In this document: in pieces, positions 59,657 to 64,000 of the stretch
How the letters are laid out: each line of letters starts with the position of its first letter
Numbering within the stretch: position 1 is the stretch's first letter
Assembly (NCBI GenBank): GCA_963675665.1
Contig: OY776510.1
Location: 3,520,001-3,584,000, forward strand
DNA from: Spirochaetia bacterium
GTDB taxonomy: Bacteria; Spirochaetota; Spirochaetia; UBA9216
Direction: 5' to 3'
Length of the DNA: 64,000 nucleotides
The notes under the pieces: model-generated
The model's input: only the letters and a program-made list of their open reading frames with translations
What the model was told of the DNA's origin: nothing
Database searches by the model: none
Program-made: the position numbers and the translations under genes

Positions 59657-62245
59657 ATGTCAGCAGATACGCCGATGATGCGCCAGTACAAGCGCATCAA
59701 ACAGTCACATACTGATTCAATACTGTTTTTTCGGCTGGGAGACTTTTATGAGATGTTTCTTTCCGATGCGAAGGAAGCATCTTCAATTTTAAATCTTACA
59801 CTTACTAAACGACACAATATTCCGATGTGCGGCATTCCATATCATGCCGCGCACAGTTACATTTCCAGGCTTTTAAAAGCCGGTAAAAAAATCGCCATTT
59901 GTGAACAGACCCGTATGCCGGAAAACGGCAAAGGAATTGCCGAACGCGAGGTTGTTGAAATAATTACTCCGGGGACTGTTGTAGATGAAGATTTTCTTGA
60001 AAAAGACAAGAATAATTATCTTCTTGCCGCCGGTGTAATCAGGAACAAACTTTCTATATCCTATACGGATCTTTCAACCGGAGAATTCTTCACTTCTTCC
60101 TTTGATGCAGAACGAACGGTTGATATTCTTAAACGGGAATTACTGAGGCTGTCTCCCGGCGAACTTCTAATCCAGCAGTCTCTTCTGGAAGATAATAACG
60201 ATGTTGCCCGGCTTCTTGACGAGCATAATAACCTGCTTGTCAACAGGTATCCCGACTGGGCGTTTGATATTACAAACTCATCGGAACTGCTTAAAAAACA
60301 ATTCAAACTTCATTCACTTAAGGGTTTCGGAATAAGCGATGACGACCCTGCTGTATTTTCATGCGGTATTATTCTTGAATATATTGCCGATACCTCAAAA
60401 AGCCTCCTTCCTCACATACGAAAATTAAACATATTAAACGACAGGGATTTCCTGCTTCTTGATGAATCAAGCCTGCGTAATCTTGAAATTACCGGAAACC
60501 TTCAGGACGGAAGCAAAAGGTATTCACTGCTGGAAGTCCTGGATAATACCCGTACAGCCATGGGCGCAAGAAAACTAAAAAGCTGGCTTCTTCATCCTCT
60601 TGTAAATGTTGATGAAATTGAATTGAGACAGAAAAGAGTAGGCGCACTTTATCATAACCAAATACTGCTTTCCGGAATAAATGAAAAACTTTCCGGAATT
60701 CTTGACATCGAACGGCTGACTTCAAGAATCGCCATGGAAAAAGCCCACGCGAAGGATCTTCTTGCAATCAGGAATTCCCTTAGGTCGTCTTTGAAACTCA
60801 ATACCCTGCTGGCCGAGTGGAAATCTGAGGAAGGCCCGGGAACGCTGCCGCCGGAAATACAGAAAACAGCTGAAGAGATTCTTGAATTACTTAAAAACGC
60901 AATCGATGAGGATCCGTCAACACTTCTTACTGAAGGCAGGATGATAAAATCAGGTTTCAGCAGCGAACTTGACGAACTCAAGGATCTTAGAAAACACAGC
61001 AAGAAAATTCTTACCGAGTATCTTGAAAAAGAGAAAGAAGATTCCGGAATTTCCTCAATGAAGATCAGATACAATAAAATAATCGGTTATTTTATTGAAG
61101 TCACAAAAACTAATCTTGATCATGTTCCGTCTCATTTTATCAGACGGCAATCGCTGGTTTCTGCCGAAAGATTTACAACCGATCGGCTTATTGAACTCGA
61201 AACCAATCTGAATTCGGCCTCCGATAAAGCGGTTGAACTGGAAAAGAAACTCTTTCTGGAAATTCGTGATTATGTAAAAAATGAAATCGAAACATTATTG
61301 GGTCTTTCTTCATATATCGCGGAAATTGACTGCCTGTCATCTCTTGCCGGTGCCGCTACAAAATACGGATACATAAAACCTGTTGTAAAAGCTTCCGGAT
61401 CAGTAGAAATTATTAACGGACGCCATCCTGTGGTAGAAGCCAATATGCCGTTCGGAGAATTTGTCCCGAACAGTTTAACATTCAAATCGGATAATGTCAG
61501 CTTTGCTCTTATAACCGGTCCCAATATGGCCGGAAAATCAACATACCTGAGACAAAATGCGCTGATAATTCTTATGGCGCAGATCGGGTCGTTCATCCCG
61601 GCCGAAAGCGCCGAAATAGGTATTGTAGACCGTATTTTCTGCAGGGTTGGAGCTTCCGACAACCTGGCACGCGGAGAATCTACCTTTATGGTGGAGATGA
61701 ATGAAACTGCAAATATTCTAAACTCTGCAACCGAAAAAAGTCTTGTAATAATGGATGAAGTGGGTCGCGGAACAGGTACAAACGACGGGCTTGCAATTGC
61801 ATGGGCTGTTTCCGAGTATCTGCTTAACCGTATAAAGGCAAAAACCCTGTTTGCAACCCATTACCATGAACTCACGCTTTTTGAGCATCCCGATTTAATT
61901 AATCTTTCTCTTGACGTACGTGAAAGCGGAGGCGAAATTGTCTTTCTTAAACGAATAAAAAGCGGCCCTGCTGATGCCTCTTACGGAATACATGTTGCCG
62001 GACTTGCCGGACTTCCTGAAGAAGTGATTTTACGTGCATCGGTAATTCAGAATGAACTTGAAAACCGAGAACAAAATCGTGATATAAGCTTAAATACGGA
62101 TAACTTTCCGAAGGAAACAAAACCTTCCGAACTGTTTTCAGCCGAAGATATGCTTTTAAGCGAACTCTCAGGCTTTAATCTTGATAACTGCACTCCTTTG
62201 GAAGCCCTAAACAAAATCAGCGAGTGGCAAAAAAAGTACAGATAA
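59657..62245 (+). CDS. mutS: DNA mismatch repair protein MutS
   Basis: TPMMRQY, FRLGDFYEMF, TGPNMAGKST, DEVGRGT, FATHYHE. Confidence 0.98.
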   Translation: MSADTPMMRQYKRIKQSHTDSILFFRLGDFYEMFLSDAKEASSILNLTLTKRHNIPMCGIPYHAAHSYISRLLKAGKKIAICEQTRMPENGKGIAEREVVEIITPGTVVDEDFLEKDKNNYLLAAGVIRNKLSISYTDLSTGEFFTSSFDAERTVDILKRELLRLSPGELLIQQSLLEDNNDVARLLDEHNNLLVNRYPDWAFDITNSSELLKKQFKLHSLKGFGISDDDPAVFSCGIILEYIADTSKSLLPHIRKLNILNDRDFLLLDESSLRNLEITGNLQDGSKRYSLLEVLDNTRTAMGARKLKSWLLHPLVNVDEIELRQKRVGALYHNQILLSGINEKLSGILDIERLTSRIAMEKAHAKDLLAIRNSLRSSLKLNTLLAEWKSEEGPGTLPPEIQKTAEEILELLKNAIDEDPSTLLTEGRMIKSGFSSELDELKDLRKHSKKILTEYLEKEKEDSGISSMKIRYNKIIGYFIEVTKTNLDHVPSHFIRRQSLVSAERFTTDRLIELETNLNSASDKAVELEKKLFLEIRDYVKNEIETLLGLSSYIAEIDCLSSLAGAATKYGYIKPVVKASGSVEIINGRHPVVEANMPFGEFVPNSLTFKSDNVSFALITGPNMAGKSTYLRQNALIILMAQIGSFIPAESAEIGIVDRIFCRVGASDNLARGESTFMVEMNETANILNSATEKSLVIMDEVGRGTGTNDGLAIAWAVSEYLLNRIKAKTLFATHYHELTLFEHPDLINLSLDVRESGGEIVFLKRIKSGPADASYGIHVAGLAGLPEEVILRASVIQNELENREQNRDISLNTDNFPKETKPSELFSAEDMLLSELSGFNLDNCTPLEALNKISEWQKKYR

Positions 62246-62319
62246 TCCGCTTTTTCCCGTGATTTCTTTAACTTACATTTTTAAAATCAGAATAAAAATA
62301 TCCGGTTATACAATATTTA

Positions 62320-63066
62320 ATGAATCTTACTGATATCCTGAACATAGCTGTAAAATCGGCAGATTTCTTTCTGCCCGATCACTGTGCAGTTTGCGACTGT
62401 TCTCTTGTTTTAAAAAGGCATTCGAATTATCAGAAAATTCCGCTTTGTGCCGATTGCATGATATCTGCTGAAAATGACATTTTCAGCAGACAGAACCCCT
62501 CAATCAGGCGATGCAGGCTCTGCGGCTATCCACTCACATCCGAATCAGAATTTTGCCTGCGCTGCAGAAACAGGGAGTGGAATTTTAACAGTTCAACAAG
62601 TCTTTTTCTTTATTCCGGCATTGCAAAAACCATGATATCTGCATATAAATTCGGGAACAGAAAAAAACTTGCTGTTTTTTTTGCGCGCCTGATTGATGTT
62701 TACTTCCGGGAGAACTGCGATGAACATATAATCGTTCCGGTTCCTTACAGACCATCTGCACGAAGAAAACGCGGCTGGGACCAGATTGATGTTATCTGTC
62801 GCATTCTTGGAAAGGAATACGGTCTTCATGTTTCAAAATGCCTTGCGCGGATGAACGGCCGGGCCCAGAAAACAATGTCGTATTCTGAAAGACTGTCGAA
62901 TCTGAAAAACAGGATCAGCCTTATTGAGAACAAAACCGTTCCCCGGTCTGTTCTTCTTATTGACGACGTTTTTACAACCGGAGCAACAATGGACAGTTGC
63001 GCCGAAATACTCCGAAAAAACGGTGCCTGCGACATACGTTGCCTGTCCCTGGCACTTGACCTTTAA
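62320..63066 (+). CDS. comF: ComF-family protein
   Basis: Double Zn ribbon; VPVP, RGWDQ, LLIDDVFTTGAT. Confidence 0.9.
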   Translation: MNLTDILNIAVKSADFFLPDHCAVCDCSLVLKRHSNYQKIPLCADCMISAENDIFSRQNPSIRRCRLCGYPLTSESEFCLRCRNREWNFNSSTSLFLYSGIAKTMISAYKFGNRKKLAVFFARLIDVYFRENCDEHIIVPVPYRPSARRKRGWDQIDVICRILGKEYGLHVSKCLARMNGRAQKTMSYSERLSNLKNRISLIENKTVPRSVLLIDDVFTTGATMDSCAEILRKNGACDIRCLSLALDL

Positions 63067-63114
63067 TGATGAAGAATATAGAATAATTACTGACAGCTGA
63101 TGAAAGATTACCTG

Positions 63115-63141
63115 AAGAAGTCGACCACGACTTCTTTTTTT
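63115..63141 (+). terminator. rimP-leader intrinsic terminator hairpin
   Basis: AAGAAGTCG-ACCA-CGACTTCTT followed by a T run, ~20 nt before rimP. Confidence 0.7.
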
Positions 63142-63162
63142 GTAGGCTGATCTTTTTAAAGG

Positions 63163-63609
63163 ATGGAGTATTTGAAATACAGTGGATATGATGAAAACGA
63201 ACTGTTCACTATAATAAACCCTGTCTGTCAGGGATTCAACGCTGAAATAGTTCAGTTGAACAGTACCGTTATAAGAACTACTATGCAGGTCCGAATTGTT
63301 CTGTATAAAAAAGGCGGAATTAATATCAATACCTGCAGCGAAATATCCAGAGCTGTTTTGCCCCGAATAGAAATCTGGGCGGATAACAGGGATGTTAATC
63401 TCGAAGTTTCTTCTCCAGGTATAGGCAGAACGCTTAAAGATGCTTACGAGTTTAATATCTTTAAGGACGAGTCAATTAATATTCTTATTGATAACGAATG
63501 GCTGAACGGTAAAATAATTTCTTCAGATAAAAACACCGTCACCATTCAGAGCGGCCAGGACAGTATTGAATATAATTTTGAAAATATTCAAAAGGCCAAA
63601 TTAAATTAA
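63163..63609 (+). CDS. rimP: Ribosome maturation factor RimP
   Basis: GININTC..ISR, LEVSSPGIGRTL, IQKAKL; precedes nusA. Confidence 0.9.
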   Translation: MEYLKYSGYDENELFTIINPVCQGFNAEIVQLNSTVIRTTMQVRIVLYKKGGININTCSEISRAVLPRIEIWADNRDVNLEVSSPGIGRTLKDAYEFNIFKDESINILIDNEWLNGKIISSDKNTVTIQSGQDSIEYNFENIQKAKLN

Positions 63610-63627
63610 AGAAACGGAGGAAAACGA

Positions 63628-64000
63628 ATGTCGTCAGGCATAGCTGAAGCTATAAAGCAATTAGTACAAGATAAAGGAATTTCCGAAGATCTTGTAATTA
63701 AAACTATAGAAGATTTCCTTTTGGCAGCATATAAAAGAACTTTCGGTACAGTAGACAATGCGGTTGTAAAGTTCTCGGATGACGGAAATGAAGTTGATCT
63801 TTTTGCACAGAAAATAATAGTCGAAGATGTTTACGATCCTGTGGCTGAAATTGCGCTGGAAGATGCTCTTAAACTTAACGAAGAATGTGAAATAGGCGAT
63901 GAACTTCTTATTCCAATTGATCCAATGGATTTTGATCGGGTTGCCGTGCAGAGCGCAAAACAAAAAGCTAAACAGACATTGCGTGAAATCCAGAAAGATA
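63628..64000 (+). CDS. nusA: Transcription factor NusA (5' part, runs off the window)
   Basis: MSSGIAEAIKQLVQDKGIS...AAYKR...FDRVAVQSAKQ; GGAGG SD. Confidence 0.93.
   Translation, partial: MSSGIAEAIKQLVQDKGISEDLVIKTIEDFLLAAYKRTFGTVDNAVVKFSDDGNEVDLFAQKIIVEDVYDPVAEIALEDALKLNEECEIGDELLIPIDPMDFDRVAVQSAKQKAKQTLREIQKD

Noticed and set aside
1-64000. Integron integrase, rRNA or tRNA genes
   Set aside because: No tyrosine-recombinase ORF or structured RNA gene was recognised in the window

Overview
Spirochaete-like chromosomal window; the tmk-tamB-bamA-skp-mutS order matches Treponema/Borrelia. Bases 1 to ~13.5 kb are an AT-rich integron-type gene-cassette array with at least 12 complete, damaged or partial attC sites, all on the + strand, and no integrase in the window. 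The array is rich in toxin-antitoxin cassettes, is visibly decaying, and is interrupted by an IS3, an IS481 remnant and an intact IS66. Bases ~13.5-22 kb are cassette-like accessory genes without recognisable attC. The rest is mostly housekeeping: mrfAB-like helicase/exonuclease, tpx, nrdJ, a SecA paralogue, ylqF, an RND efflux module, tamB/bamA/skp/mutS, comF, rimP and nusA. Two signals are the strongest novelty candidates. (1) A 74-aa membrane leader peptide ending in RAPP, with an mRNA hairpin that would hide the SD/AUG of the downstream SecA paralogue (secM-secA-like arrest control). (2) An unannotated 64-codon membrane ORF divergent from tpx, with an in-frame UGA and a SECIS-like hairpin (candidate selenoprotein). 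All family calls come from motif recognition by eye; no searches were run.
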